Shown: positions 1 through 9,027, counted from the stretch's first letter. The stretch: 64,000 nucleotides of DNA from an uncultured bacterium (GCA_903859215.1 CAIOLW010000365.1:854-64853), one strand, 5' to 3'. Notes: generated from the letters alone by a model not told the origin. Program-made: numbers and translations.

Positions 1-1
1 C

Positions 2-706
2 GCCACGAGCACGCTGCTGGGCAAGCTCGACGGCGAGCCGCCGGTGCGCAGTGTTTTCGACGTGCTGCGCCGCGCCATCACCCCGCAGGACGGCATCGCC
101 TCGACCATCTACGACGAGAACATCGACCTGCTGCCGGCCAGCCCCTCGCTCGAGAGCATGGCCAAGACGCAGATCACCGACCGGCTGGCCAAGGTGGTCC
201 AGGCCCTGTCGACGTCGTACGGCTGGATCATCATCGACACGCCGCCGGACCTGGGCGTCCTGACCCAGAACGCGCTGGTCGCGGCCGACTACGCCCTGAT
301 CCCGACGCCCTGCACGGGCCTGGCGATCCCCACGCTGCACCAGATGAAGCAGCTCATCGAGCGCATCCAGGAGCGCCAGAACATCTGGCTGCAGCTGATG
401 GGCGTGCTGCTGACGATGAAGGACGGGCGGACGCCGCTGCAGAAGAACATGAAGAAGGAACTGGGCAACGTCTTCGGGCCGAACGACGTGTTCCGCACCA
501 TCATCACGACGAACATCAAGATCGAGGAAGCGCCGGCCGCCTCGCAGAGCATCTACGCCTACGACTCGGGCTGCCTGGGCGCGTCGCTGTACCGCGACTG
601 GATCAAGAAGGAATTCCTGAAGAAGCACCAGAAGCTCGAGAAACGTAAGGTCGAGATGCGCGAGCACCTGGAACTGACGCGCGAGGCGGCGGCCGAAGAG
701 GCCTGA
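2..706 (+). CDS. ParA/Soj-family ATPase (N-terminus lies upstream of the window)
   Basis: The frame is open from base 2 (the ORF track starts it at 44). It contains ParA-type segments IIIDTPPDLGVLTQNALVAADYALIPTPC and LMGVLLTMKDGRT. Stop TGA is at 704-706. Confidence 0.8.
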   Translation, partial: ATSTLLGKLDGEPPVRSVFDVLRRAITPQDGIASTIYDENIDLLPASPSLESMAKTQITDRLAKVVQALSTSYGWIIIDTPPDLGVLTQNALVAADYALIPTPCTGLAIPTLHQMKQLIERIQERQNIWLQLMGVLLTMKDGRTPLQKNMKKELGNVFGPNDVFRTIITTNIKIEEAPAASQSIYAYDSGCLGASLYRDWIKKEFLKKHQKLEKRKVEMREHLELTREAAAEEA

Positions 707-750
707 TCCCGGCGCGCCGGCCCGGTGCGTTCAGTTGCGAACAGGCGCGC

Positions 751-1395
751 TCAGCCGCGGACGAACGGGTTGGTGGCCCTTTCCCTGCCGACGGTCGTGT
801 CCGGTCCGTGCCCACAGACAACGATGGTTTCATCCGGGAGCGTGTAGATGCGCTCCCGGATGCTTTTTTCCAGGGTCGCGAAATCGCCGCCCGGCAGGTC
901 GGTGCGGCCCACCGAGCCGGCGAACAGGCAGTCCCCGACGATGGCCAGCCCCGGCAGCCGGAACATGACCTGGCCGGCCGCGTGACCCGGGACGTGGACC
1001 ACCTCGAGGCAGCCGTCACCCAGGGGAATCACCGTGCCGTCCGCCAGATCGGTCGCCAGCGCAGGGACCTCGGTGGGCGGGAACCCGTAGGCCCCCTGGA
1101 TCAGCGGCATCTGGTGGATCATCGCCGCGTCGTCCGGATGGCAGCGCAGGGGCAGGCCGCAGGCGCGCCCCACCGCTGCCGCCGCGCCGACATGGTCGAA
1201 GTGCCCGTGGGTGGCGATGAGGGCGGTCAGCCGGCAGCCCGAGCGCTCGACCCAGGCCAGCAGGCGCTGCGGTTCGTCGCCCGGGTCGATCAGCACCGCC
1301 TGGCCGCTGGCCGGCGCCGTCACGAGCACCGCGTTCATCTGCAGGGGGCCGACGGGCAGGACTTCCCAGGTGAAGTCGGCGGCGGTGAAGGCCAT
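751..1395 (-). CDS. MBL-fold metallo-hydrolase (glyoxalase-II-like)
   Basis: 214 aa with the HxHxDH metal motif (ATHGHFDHVG) and downstream H/D ligand positions typical of the metallo-beta-lactamase fold. High GC3. Confidence 0.8.
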   Translation of the reverse strand: MAFTAADFTWEVLPVGPLQMNAVLVTAPASGQAVLIDPGDEPQRLLAWVERSGCRLTALIATHGHFDHVGAAAAVGRACGLPLRCHPDDAAMIHQMPLIQGAYGFPPTEVPALATDLADGTVIPLGDGCLEVVHVPGHAAGQVMFRLPGLAIVGDCLFAGSVGRTDLPGGDFATLEKSIRERIYTLPDETIVVCGHGPDTTVGRERATNPFVRG

Positions 1396-1488
1396 GGGGG
1401 CGTCTCCCGGGGCGGCAGGGGGTCCTTGTGGAAGAGCCGGCTCCAGGTCTCCGGAGCCGGCTCTTGGGGTCCATCGCGCGGGGGCCGG

Positions 1489-2817
1489 CTACTCCTGCTC
1501 GTAGTCCTGGCCCAGGTGCGTGATGACATCCTCGCCCATCATCCAGCGCAGGGTGTTCTTCATCTTGGTCTGCTGGATGAACAGGTCGTGCTCGGCGTAG
1601 AGGCCGGGGGGCGACAGGGGCACCACCGGGCTCTTGAAGTAGAACGACAGCCACTCCTGCACGCCGCCGGGCAGCTTCGCCCGCGCGCCGAGGTCCAGGA
1701 ACAGCGCTAGGTCCAGGACCAGCGGCGCGGCCAGGATCGAGTCGCGGCACAGGAAGTCGATCTTGATCTGCATCGGCCGGCCACACCAGCCGAAGATGTC
1801 GATGTTGTCCCAGCCTTCCTTGTTGTCGCCGCGGGGCGGATAGTAGTTGATCCGCACCTTGTGGAAGAGGTTCCCGTACAGGTCCGGGTACAGCTTCGGC
1901 TGCAGGATCGCGTCCAGCACGCCCAGCTTCGTCTCTTCCTTCGACTTGAAGGATTCGGGATCGTCCAGGACCTCGCCGTCCCGGTTGCCCAGGATGTTCG
2001 TCGAGAACCAGCCGGCGACGCCCAGCTGGCGGGCCTTGAAGCCCGGGGCCAGCACGGTCTTGAGCAGGGTCTGGCCGGTCTTGAAGTCCTTGCCGCAGAT
2101 ACCGACGCCGTTTTCCTTGGCCAGCTGCTCCAGCGCGGGAACGTCGGCGCTCAGGTTGGGCGCGCCGTTGGCGTAGGGGACGCCCGACTTGATCGCCGCG
2201 TAGGCGTAGATCATGCTGGGCGGGATGTCCGGATGGTTCTCCAGCAGGCCCTTCTCGAACGCAGCGAGGGTCTCGTGGACCGCGGTGCGCTTGAGGTAGA
2301 TCTCGGTCGAACCGCACCAGACCATCACCAGGCGGTCGCACTTGTGGGACTTCTTGAAGTCCGCCATGTCCTGCATGACGGCTTCGGCCAGCTCCATCTT
2401 GTTGGCGCCCTGCTTGACGTGGGTGCCGTTGAGCTTCTTGACGTAATACTGGTCGAAGACGGCCTTCATGGGGCGGATGGCTTCGAGCTCGGGGCGGATC
2501 TGGGCCAGGAGGTCCTTTTCCAGCACGCCGGCGGTCAAGGCCGCTTCGTAGCACGAGACGTCGAAGATGTCCCAGCCGCCGAACTCGAGGTTCTCGAGGT
2601 CGGCCAGGGGGACGAAGTTCTTCACGAGGGGCTGCCGGTCCTCCGTGCGCTTGCCAAGGCGGATATGGCCCATCTGCGTCGTACTGCCGATCGGCAGGCG
2701 CAGGCCGGCCCGGATCGCGAGCACGCCGGCCATGAAGGTGGAAGACACAGCGCCCATGCCGGGGGTCAGGACGCCCAGCTTCCCGGTGGCGGGCTGGATC
2801 TGTCGCTGCTCAGCCAT
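1489..2817 (-). CDS. ino1: inositol-3-phosphate synthase (myo-inositol-1-phosphate synthase)
   Basis: 442 aa from the ATG at 2817 (MAEQRQIQPATGKLGVLTPGMGAVSST...). The longer track start at 3003 runs into AT-rich intergenic DNA. Full-length resemblance to bacterial/archaeal MIPS (YANGAPNLSADVPAL, GKDFKTGQTLLKTVLAP, WDNIDIFGW). Confidence 0.85.
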   Translation of the reverse strand: MAEQRQIQPATGKLGVLTPGMGAVSSTFMAGVLAIRAGLRLPIGSTTQMGHIRLGKRTEDRQPLVKNFVPLADLENLEFGGWDIFDVSCYEAALTAGVLEKDLLAQIRPELEAIRPMKAVFDQYYVKKLNGTHVKQGANKMELAEAVMQDMADFKKSHKCDRLVMVWCGSTEIYLKRTAVHETLAAFEKGLLENHPDIPPSMIYAYAAIKSGVPYANGAPNLSADVPALEQLAKENGVGICGKDFKTGQTLLKTVLAPGFKARQLGVAGWFSTNILGNRDGEVLDDPESFKSKEETKLGVLDAILQPKLYPDLYGNLFHKVRINYYPPRGDNKEGWDNIDIFGWCGRPMQIKIDFLCRDSILAAPLVLDLALFLDLGARAKLPGGVQEWLSFYFKSPVVPLSPPGLYAEHDLFIQQTKMKNTLRWMMGEDVITHLGQDYEQE

Positions 2818-3011
2818 TCTGTAGCTCCTCTCAGGTTGCCCGGCCCTCGTGGTCGGGAGGCGGCCCACGATAGAGGGCCATTCCGGGTTAGGCAAAAGAA
2901 ATGTTCCGCCGGGCCATCTTGATGATATTGACTCACTTTCGCAATTTGCGGGCGGTCTGGGGGCGCAGATAAAGGTTTTCCGAACCACATGAAAAAAATA
3001 CAATTGTGGGG

Positions 3012-3041
3012 TAGACTAAATCGTAGCAAAGGTGCTATCAT
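3012..3041 (+). promoter_or_regulatory. candidate sigma70-type promoter (TAGACT-N18-TATCAT) upstream of the sugar transferase gene
   Basis: Hexamers at 3012-3017 and 3036-3041 lie in an AT-rich patch of the ino1/sugar-transferase divergent spacer. The -35 match is weak. Confidence 0.3.
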
Positions 3042-3067
3042 GAGTTCCGAAGCGGCGCAGACCACCT

Positions 3068-3112
3068 GATCGCTGGTCGAAGAATCAGGATCGCTGGTCG
3101 AAGAATCAGGAT
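3068..3112. repeat. perfect 21-bp tandem direct repeat (GATCGCTGGTCGAAGAATCAG x2, plus a GAT start of a third copy)
   Basis: Units 3068-3088 and 3089-3109 are identical. They sit in the non-coding spacer between divergent ino1 (start 2817) and the sugar transferase (start 3225). Confidence 0.95.
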
Positions 3113-3224
3113 TGCGCGGCGGAAGAACCCGATCGAAAGGGCCACATGACACATCGCTAACGCGTTCTCAGCCTTTCAGGGCAACTGACAACATCTTTGC
3201 TTCGGCAAAGGGAGATAGTGCACC

Positions 3225-3959
3225 ATGAAGGATGACGCGGCAGCGGTGGCAGTCGTTGGCGGCTCTTATACGGTAAGTGCCCCCCGACTCTTCATCCCGG
3301 CGGATACGACTCGGTACTTCAGCAGCCTGGGCCGGCTCAAGCGGGCCCTCGACGTGTTGCTTGCCGGTCTGGCGCTGGCGATCGTTTCGCCCCTGTTCCT
3401 GGCGATCTCGCTCCTGATCAAGCGAGGCAGCCCCGGCCCGGTGCTGTTCGTGCAGGAGCGCCTTGGGCGTGACGGCCGTCCGTTCAAGTTCTACAAGTTC
3501 CGCTCGATGCTCCACAACAGCGACGATGCCATCCACCGGCAGTTCGCCGCGATGTTCATCGCCGGTGACGAGGGCGGTTGCGCGGCGTCGAACTCGGGCG
3601 ACAAGGTCTTCAAGCTGAAGCGCGATCCGCGCATCACGCCGATCGGCGCGCTCCTGCGCCGCACCAGCCTGGACGAGTTGCCGCAGCTGCTGAACATCAT
3701 CAAGGGCGACATGTCGCTGGTCGGCCCGCGCCCGCCCATCGCCTACGAGATCGAGAACTACCAGCCCTGGCACATGGAACGCCTCAAGGCCGTCCCCGGC
3801 CTGACCGGCCTGTGGCAGGTCAGCGGGCGCAGCTCGGTGAGCTTCGACGAGATGGTCCGGCTGGACATCCGCTACATCAACGAGTGGTCCTTCTGGAGCG
3901 ACCTGGCGATCATCGCCAAGACCGTTCCGGTCGTCATTAGGGGCACCGGCGGGTACTGA
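3225..3959 (+). CDS. polyprenyl-phosphate sugar-1-phosphate transferase (bacterial sugar transferase family, WbaP/PglC-like)
   Basis: 244 aa with KRALDVLLAGLALAIVSPLFLAISLLIK, PVLFVQERLGRDGRPFKFYKFRSM and DPRITPIGALLRRTSLDELPQLLNIIKGDMSLVGPRPP, the hallmark C-terminal domain. Confidence 0.9.
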   Translation: MKDDAAAVAVVGGSYTVSAPRLFIPADTTRYFSSLGRLKRALDVLLAGLALAIVSPLFLAISLLIKRGSPGPVLFVQERLGRDGRPFKFYKFRSMLHNSDDAIHRQFAAMFIAGDEGGCAASNSGDKVFKLKRDPRITPIGALLRRTSLDELPQLLNIIKGDMSLVGPRPPIAYEIENYQPWHMERLKAVPGLTGLWQVSGRSSVSFDEMVRLDIRYINEWSFWSDLAIIAKTVPVVIRGTGGY

Positions 3960-4111
3960 CCCACCCGCGGCGGTCGAGCGCGTGGCTGTGCTTGACCGCC
4001 CGCGGGTCGCGGTCCATTCTGCCACGGGGATTCGGAACCACAAACAAACGGCTTGCGTGCGCTCGCCCCGCGGGGCCGGCGTCCGCGACCGCGCGAGGAA
4101 GGCGGACGGGC

Positions 4112-5137
4112 ATGATCAAGATGGGCGTCATCGGCTGCGGATACTGGGGTCCGAACCTGATCCGGAATTTCGCAGCGCAGCAGGGAGCCCAGTTGGCGTA
4201 CATCTCGGACCTGGACGAGAAGCGCCTGGGCCACGTCGGCCTGGTTTATCCCGCCGCCAAGAAGACCAGCAACTACCGCGAGATCCTCGCGGACCCCGAA
4301 GTGCAGGCCGTGGTTGTCGCCACGCCGATGTCGACGCACTTCCCCATTGGGCGCGAAGTGCTCGAGTCGGGCAAGCACCTGTTCCTGGAAAAGCCGATGG
4401 CCACGACCAGCGATGACTGCCGCACGCTGAACCGGATCGCGAAAGAGCGCGGGCTGCAGATCATGGTCGGCCACACCTTCGTCTACACGCCGGCCGTCAG
4501 GAAGATCAAGACGCTGATGGAGGCGGGCGAGCTCGGCGAGATCTACTACGTGAACATCTCGCGCGTGAACCTGGGCCTGTTCCAGAAGGACGCGAACGTG
4601 GTGTGGGACCTTGCGCCGCATGACGTCGCGATGCTGAACCACCTGTTCGGCGCCGACCCGGTCGCGGTCAGCGCCATCGGCCACTGCTACGTGCAGAAGG
4701 AACTGGGCATCGAGGACGTCGCCTTCGTGACGCTCGAGTACCCGGGCAAGCGCCTCGTGCACATCCACGTCAGCTGGCTGGACCCGAACAAGGTGCGCCT
4801 GTGCACGTTCGTCGGCAGCCGCAAGATGCTCGTCTACGACGACGTCTCGCCGTCCGAGAAGATCCGCGTCTACGACAAGGGCGTTGACGTGCAGCCGCAC
4901 TACGAGAACTTCGGCGAGTTCCAGCTGCTGTACCGCTCGGGCGACGTGTTCATCCCGCGCCTCGATACGGTCGAGCCGCTGAAGGCCGAGACGACGCACT
5001 TCCTGGACGTCATCAAGGGCACGGCGACGCCGCTGAGCTCGGGCGAGCACGGCCTGCGCGTGGTGCAGGTGCTCGAGGGCGCCTGCCTCTCGATGGCCGA
5101 GAACGGGCGCCAGGTCGCGCTGAAGTACGACGCCTGA
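4112..5137 (+). CDS. Gfo/Idh/MocA-family NAD(P)-dependent oxidoreductase (sugar-nucleotide dehydrogenase-like)
   Basis: ATG at 4112 is preceded by GAGGAAGG. N-terminal Rossmann motif MGVIGCGYWGPNLIRNF and an EKPMA motif (LFLEKPMATT). The track start at 3992 adds an implausible Arg/Pro-rich extension. Confidence 0.85.
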   Translation: MIKMGVIGCGYWGPNLIRNFAAQQGAQLAYISDLDEKRLGHVGLVYPAAKKTSNYREILADPEVQAVVVATPMSTHFPIGREVLESGKHLFLEKPMATTSDDCRTLNRIAKERGLQIMVGHTFVYTPAVRKIKTLMEAGELGEIYYVNISRVNLGLFQKDANVVWDLAPHDVAMLNHLFGADPVAVSAIGHCYVQKELGIEDVAFVTLEYPGKRLVHIHVSWLDPNKVRLCTFVGSRKMLVYDDVSPSEKIRVYDKGVDVQPHYENFGEFQLLYRSGDVFIPRLDTVEPLKAETTHFLDVIKGTATPLSSGEHGLRVVQVLEGACLSMAENGRQVALKYDA

Positions 5138-5138
5138 T

Positions 5139-6305
5139 TTGGACGCGGGCGCACAGGGCCCCGACGGGCGCCCCCTGGTCCGCGTCGCGATGATCGGCCA
5201 GAAGGGCTATCCGCCGGTGCACGGCGGGATCGAGAAGCACGTGGCCGAGCTGGCGGCGCGCCTGCCGGCCCACGGTTTCGCGGTCGAGATCTACAGCCGG
5301 CCCCACTACAGCTCCCTGGACGGTGACAGCGGCCTGCCCGCGGTCACCGTCCGGAAGCTGCGCAGCATTCCCACCAAGCACCTCGACGCCATCTCGCACA
5401 CCGTGGCCGCCACGTTCGACGTGCTGCGACGCCCGGCCCCGCTCGTGCACTACCACGCGCTGGGCCCGGGCCTGCTGGCGGGCGTGCCGCGCTGGCTCGG
5501 CCACCGCCGCACGGTGGTGACCGTGCACGGCCTGGACTGGCAGCGCGAGAAGTGGGGGCCCCTGGCGCGCGGCGTGCTGCGCATCGGGGAGTGGGCCAGC
5601 GCGGCCCTGCCCGACCGCACCATCGTCGTGTCGCAGGCGCTTGAGGAGCACTACCGGCGGAATCACCACCGCGGCGTCACCTACATCCCGAACGGGATCG
5701 AGACGCCGGTGGCGCGGGCGCCGGCGCGGCTGGGTGAACTGGGGGTGGACCGGCCGTTCGTCCTGTTCGTGGCGCGGCTGGTGCCGGAAAAGGGGTGCCA
5801 CCTGCTGGTCGAGGCCTGGCGGGCCCTGCCGGCCGACCTGCGTGATGCATTCCAGCTGGTGGTCGCCGGCGATGCCGGCTTCACGCACGGCTACGCCGAC
5901 CGGCTGCGTCGCGAGGCGCCGCCCGGCGTCGTCTTCACCGGCTACCTGCACGGGGAACTGCTGGCGGAGCTGTATTCGTCGGCTGCGGTGATGGTGCTGC
6001 CGTCGACCCTCGAGGGCCTGTCGCTTTCCCTGCTGGAGGCGATGGCCCACGCGCGGTGCTGCCTGGTCAGCGACATCCCGCCGAACGTGGAGGCGGCCGG
6101 TGGCCACGCCGCGCTTTTCGCCAGCGGCGACGCCGCGGACCTCGGGCGAGAGCTGGCGGGCCTGCTGCTCGACGCCCCCCGCCGGGACCGGCTGGGCGCG
6201 GCGGCGGCTGTCCACGCACGCGCCTGCTACGACTGGGATCGGGTCGTTGCGCAGACAGCGGCCCTGTACCGGGAAGCGCTGGCGGGAACGCCAAAATCGA
6301 TTTGA
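5139..6305 (+). CDS. glycosyltransferase family 4 (GT-B fold)
   Basis: 388 aa with N-terminal KGYPPVHGGIEKHV and a C-terminal LPSTLEGLSLSLLEAMAHARCCLVSD signature. The exact start is uncertain (TTG 5139, or an internal start near MIGQKG). Confidence 0.8.
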   Translation: MDAGAQGPDGRPLVRVAMIGQKGYPPVHGGIEKHVAELAARLPAHGFAVEIYSRPHYSSLDGDSGLPAVTVRKLRSIPTKHLDAISHTVAATFDVLRRPAPLVHYHALGPGLLAGVPRWLGHRRTVVTVHGLDWQREKWGPLARGVLRIGEWASAALPDRTIVVSQALEEHYRRNHHRGVTYIPNGIETPVARAPARLGELGVDRPFVLFVARLVPEKGCHLLVEAWRALPADLRDAFQLVVAGDAGFTHGYADRLRREAPPGVVFTGYLHGELLAELYSSAAVMVLPSTLEGLSLSLLEAMAHARCCLVSDIPPNVEAAGGHAALFASGDAADLGRELAGLLLDAPRRDRLGAAAAVHARACYDWDRVVAQTAALYREALAGTPKSI

Positions 6306-6330
6306 CAAAGGTCGGGGCCACTATTATCTG
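6302..6330 (+). promoter_or_regulatory. candidate promoter for tRNA-Gly(GCC): TTGACA-N17-TATCTG
   Basis: A perfect -35 at 6302-6307 overlaps the GT4 stop codon. The -10 is weak. The tRNA starts 16 nt after the -10. Confidence 0.35.
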
Positions 6331-6345
6331 TACTGGACGTTTCAA

Positions 6346-6421
<76 letters not shown>

Positions 6422-6426
6422 GATTG

Positions 6427-6461
6427 AAGGGGAGGACCCAACGGTCCTCCCCTTCTCGTTT
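6427..6461 (+). terminator. intrinsic terminator-like hairpin after tRNA-Gly
   Basis: 12-bp stem AAGGGGAGGACC / GGTCCTCCCCTT with loop CAAC, followed by CTCGTTT. Confidence 0.6.
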
Positions 6462-6516
6462 CCCAATGGCTCTTTGCCACGGTCGGCGGGGCCCCTGCGG
6501 ATGACGCCCCGTGCGG

Positions 6517-6545
6517 TTGACATGACCGCCGGCAGCGAACATACT
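6517..6545 (+). promoter_or_regulatory. candidate promoter for tRNA-Cys: TTGACA-N17-CATACT
   Basis: -35 at 6517-6522 and -10 at 6540-6545. The tRNA starts 14 nt downstream. Confidence 0.5.
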
Positions 6546-6558
6546 TGCGCGCTACGGA

Positions 6559-6632
6559 GGCGGCATAGCCAAGCGGTAAGGCGACGGTCTGCAAAACCGT
6601 TATCCCCGGTTCGATTCCGGGTGCCGCCTCCA
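6559..6632 (+). tRNA. tRNA-Cys (anticodon GCA)
   Basis: Acceptor GGCGGCA/TGCCGCC, anticodon arm ACGGT-CTGCAAA-ACCGT, T arm CCCGG-TTCGATT-CCGGG. Encoded CCA, 74 nt. Confidence 0.9.
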
Positions 6633-6640
6633 CTTCCACC

Positions 6641-6661
6641 ACGGCCACCGGGCCGTTTTTT
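6641..6661 (+). terminator. intrinsic terminator after tRNA-Cys
   Basis: Stem ACGGCC / GGCCGT with loop ACCG, followed by a T6 run. Confidence 0.65.
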
Positions 6662-6697
6662 CGTGCCCGGCCCCGGCCCCTGGTCACCACTGGCCGA

Positions 6698-6726
6698 TTG
6701 ACACGGCCGGGCGCGCTCCCGATGAT
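6698..6726 (+). promoter_or_regulatory. candidate promoter for tRNA-Leu: TTGACA-N17-GATGAT
   Basis: -35 at 6698-6703 and -10 at 6721-6726. The tRNA starts 16 nt downstream. Confidence 0.45.
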
Positions 6727-6741
6727 GGCCGCTGAGTGGGT

Positions 6742-6828
6742 GCCGGGATGGCGAAACGGGTAGACGCAAGGGACTTAAAATCCCTCGGAGCCAGCTCCGT
6801 GCCGGTTCGAGTCCGGCTCCCGGCACCA
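6742..6828 (+). tRNA. tRNA-Leu (anticodon UAA), class II with long variable arm
   Basis: Acceptor GCCGGGA/TCCCGGC, anticodon loop CTTAAAA, long variable arm (CGGAGCCAGCTCCGT), T arm CCGG-TTCGAGT-CCGG. Encoded CCA, 87 nt. Confidence 0.9.
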
Positions 6829-6847
6829 TCGGCGGCCCTGGGCCGCG

Positions 6848-6904
6848 CAGCCCTTGCTGGACCGCGCAGCCCATCCTGGACCGCGAAGCCCATCCTGGAC
6901 GGAG
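6848..6904. repeat. three imperfect 19-bp tandem repeats (CAGCCCATCCTGGACCGCG-like)
   Basis: Units 6848-6866, 6867-6885 and 6886-6904 lie between tRNA-Leu and the next GT4 start. A 19-bp period is not a multiple of 3. Confidence 0.85.
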
Positions 6905-6910
6905 TCCCGC

Positions 6911-8059
6911 GTGCGCCTGGCCTTCCTATCCATCGGTCGCCACATCCACACCGAGCGCTGGATCCGGTGGTTCAGCGAGCAGGGACACGAGTGCCACCTG
7001 CTGACGGTGCAGCCGGGCGACGTGCCCGGGGTGACGGTGCACGATATCCGGCGCGGCTTCGGTCCCAAGCCGTTGCGCTACGCGTTCTCGCTGGGCGAGG
7101 TGCGCGCCTGCCTGCGGCGCCTGCAGCCTGACCTGCTCAACACGCACTTCCTGACAGGCTACGGTTACTGGGGGCACTACTCGGGTTTCCATCCGAACGT
7201 GCTGACGGTGTGGGGCGACGACGTCTATGTGACGCCCTTCGAGAACGCGCTGAAGAAGCGGCTCGCGCGCGCGGCGCTCGGCAGCTGTGATGCGCTGACG
7301 GGTGACTCTGCCGACATCCTCGCCGTGAGCGCCACGCTCGGCGCCGATCCTGCGCGCAGCTTCCGCGTGCTGTGGGGCGTCGACTTCGAGGTGTTCCGTC
7401 CCGCGGCCGCCGACGCGTGGCGCGCGGCACACGGCTTCACGCCCGACCAGGTGGTGTTCTTCTCGCCGCGCAGCTACACGCAGCCCTACTACAACATCGA
7501 CGTCGTCATTGCGGCCGCCGCCCGCGTGGCGGCCGCCGAGCCGCGAGCGCGGTTCCTGTTCAGCGGCTACGAGGGCGATCCCGCTCCGTTCGCCGCGATG
7601 GTCGAGCGCGCCGGGCTGACGGGCCGCGCCGTCGTTGCCGGGCGGTTGCCGCACGCGGAGTTCGCCACGGCGCTGCAGGCCTGCGACGTGTTCATCTCGG
7701 TGCCGTCGGTGGACGCCACGGCCGTCAGCCTGCTCGAGGCGATGTCGACCGGCCGCGCGGTGATCGTCTCGAGCCTGGCCTCGGCCTGCGAATGGGTCAC
7801 CGACGGCGTGTCGGGCCGCGTGGTGGCGCCGCGCAGCGTCGATGAACTGGCGGTGGCGATGCTGGACCTGTGCGCTTCGGCGGAACGTCGCGGCGCGCTG
7901 GGCGAAGCTGCGCTGACGGTGGCGCGCGAGCACGCCGGGTTCGCCGCGAACATGCGGATCGTCGAGCGGATCTTCGCGCACCTCCTTGAAGGGACGCCGT
8001 GGCCCCGCGAGGCAAGCCTGGCCGCGCTGCGGCCGGAACAGGGCGCGGGAACGCCATGA
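6911..8059 (+). CDS. glycosyltransferase family 4
   Basis: GTG at 6911 gives VRLAFLSIGRHIHTERWIRWF. The C-terminal half (VFISVPSVDATAVSLLEAMSTGRAVIVS) is GT4-like. The track start at 6854 would translate the tandem repeat. Confidence 0.75.
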   Translation: MRLAFLSIGRHIHTERWIRWFSEQGHECHLLTVQPGDVPGVTVHDIRRGFGPKPLRYAFSLGEVRACLRRLQPDLLNTHFLTGYGYWGHYSGFHPNVLTVWGDDVYVTPFENALKKRLARAALGSCDALTGDSADILAVSATLGADPARSFRVLWGVDFEVFRPAAADAWRAAHGFTPDQVVFFSPRSYTQPYYNIDVVIAAAARVAAAEPRARFLFSGYEGDPAPFAAMVERAGLTGRAVVAGRLPHAEFATALQACDVFISVPSVDATAVSLLEAMSTGRAVIVSSLASACEWVTDGVSGRVVAPRSVDELAVAMLDLCASAERRGALGEAALTVAREHAGFAANMRIVERIFAHLLEGTPWPREASLAALRPEQGAGTP

Positions 8060-9027
8060 TGCTGTCGGTCGTCACGCCGACCTTCAACAAGCGCGCCCTT
8101 CTGGGGCGCACGCTGGCGGCGCTGCGCGCGCAGGTGCTGCCGGCCGGCACCGCATGGGAGATCGTCGTCGTCGATGACGGCTCGACCGACGACACCGCCG
8201 CGTGGCTGCGCGAGCAGGCCCTGCCGGGGGCGCCGTCGCTGCGCGTGGTCTCGCCCGGCGTCAACGTGGGGCGGGCCCGGGCGCGCAACCTCGGCGCGCG
8301 CGCCGCGCAGGGACGCTGGCTCGTCTTCATCGACGACGACATCGTGGCCCCGCCCGGGCTGCTTGCGGCGCACCTGGAACTCCTGGCGGCCCATCCCGGC
8401 GACGGCACGATCGGGTACGCCGTCACCGAGCCCGGCCTGGTCGATGCCCCGCACCTGCACTATCTCGACACGCGCGGCGTCGCGCGACTGGGCCCCGGGC
8501 CGGCCCCGGGGCGCTACTTCGTGACGCAGAACGCGGCCGTCCCGCGCGAGGCGTTCCTGGCCGTGGGCGGCTTCGACGAGGCCTACCTCGGCTACGGGTT
8601 CGAGGACATGGAAGTCGCGTTCCGCCTGGAGGACCGGGCCGGTGTGCGGTTCCATTGCCTGCCGTCGCCGGTGCCCGTGCACGTGCACCATCACACGCTG
8701 CCCCAGTTCTTCGCCAAGCGGCGCGAATGCGGGACCGTGTCCCTGCGCCTGCTGGCGGGCACGCACCCCGGGCGCCTGCGCGAGATGTCGCTGCACCACG
8801 TCATCGACGGTCCGGGCTGCGGACGCCCCGGCGCGGGCACGCGGCTGCTGCGGGCCTTCCTTGATGGCGGGGGAGCCGTGGTTCTGCCGTGGTTGCTGGC
8901 GCGGTGGCCGCAGGCGGCGGGGCACGCGCCGCGGGCGCGCACGCTCTACTTCCGGTTGATGAACCTCGCCGTACTCGGCTGCTACCGTCAGGGCGTCAGG
9001 GATGTCGGCGCGATAACTGCCAATTAG
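8056..9027 (+). CDS. glycosyltransferase family 2
   Basis: ATG at 8056 forms an ATGA overlap with the upstream stop. Signatures: MMLSVVTPTFNKRALL, VVVDDGSTDDT, LVFIDDD (DxD). Confidence 0.85.
   Translation: MMLSVVTPTFNKRALLGRTLAALRAQVLPAGTAWEIVVVDDGSTDDTAAWLREQALPGAPSLRVVSPGVNVGRARARNLGARAAQGRWLVFIDDDIVAPPGLLAAHLELLAAHPGDGTIGYAVTEPGLVDAPHLHYLDTRGVARLGPGPAPGRYFVTQNAAVPREAFLAVGGFDEAYLGYGFEDMEVAFRLEDRAGVRFHCLPSPVPVHVHHHTLPQFFAKRRECGTVSLRLLAGTHPGRLREMSLHHVIDGPGCGRPGAGTRLLRAFLDGGGAVVLPWLLARWPQAAGHAPRARTLYFRLMNLAVLGCYRQGVRDVGAITAN

Noticed and set aside
3068-3112. Possible CRISPR array (also considered for the 19-bp repeats at 6848-6904).
   Set aside because: The repeats are directly adjacent with no spacers, only 2-3 units are present, and there are no cas genes in the window.
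2766-3152. 128-aa minus-strand ORF containing a PDSSTSD-PDSSTSD peptide repeat.
   Set aside because: The peptide repeat is just the translation of the 21-bp tandem DNA repeat in an AT-rich intergenic region. It also overlaps the ino1 start region.
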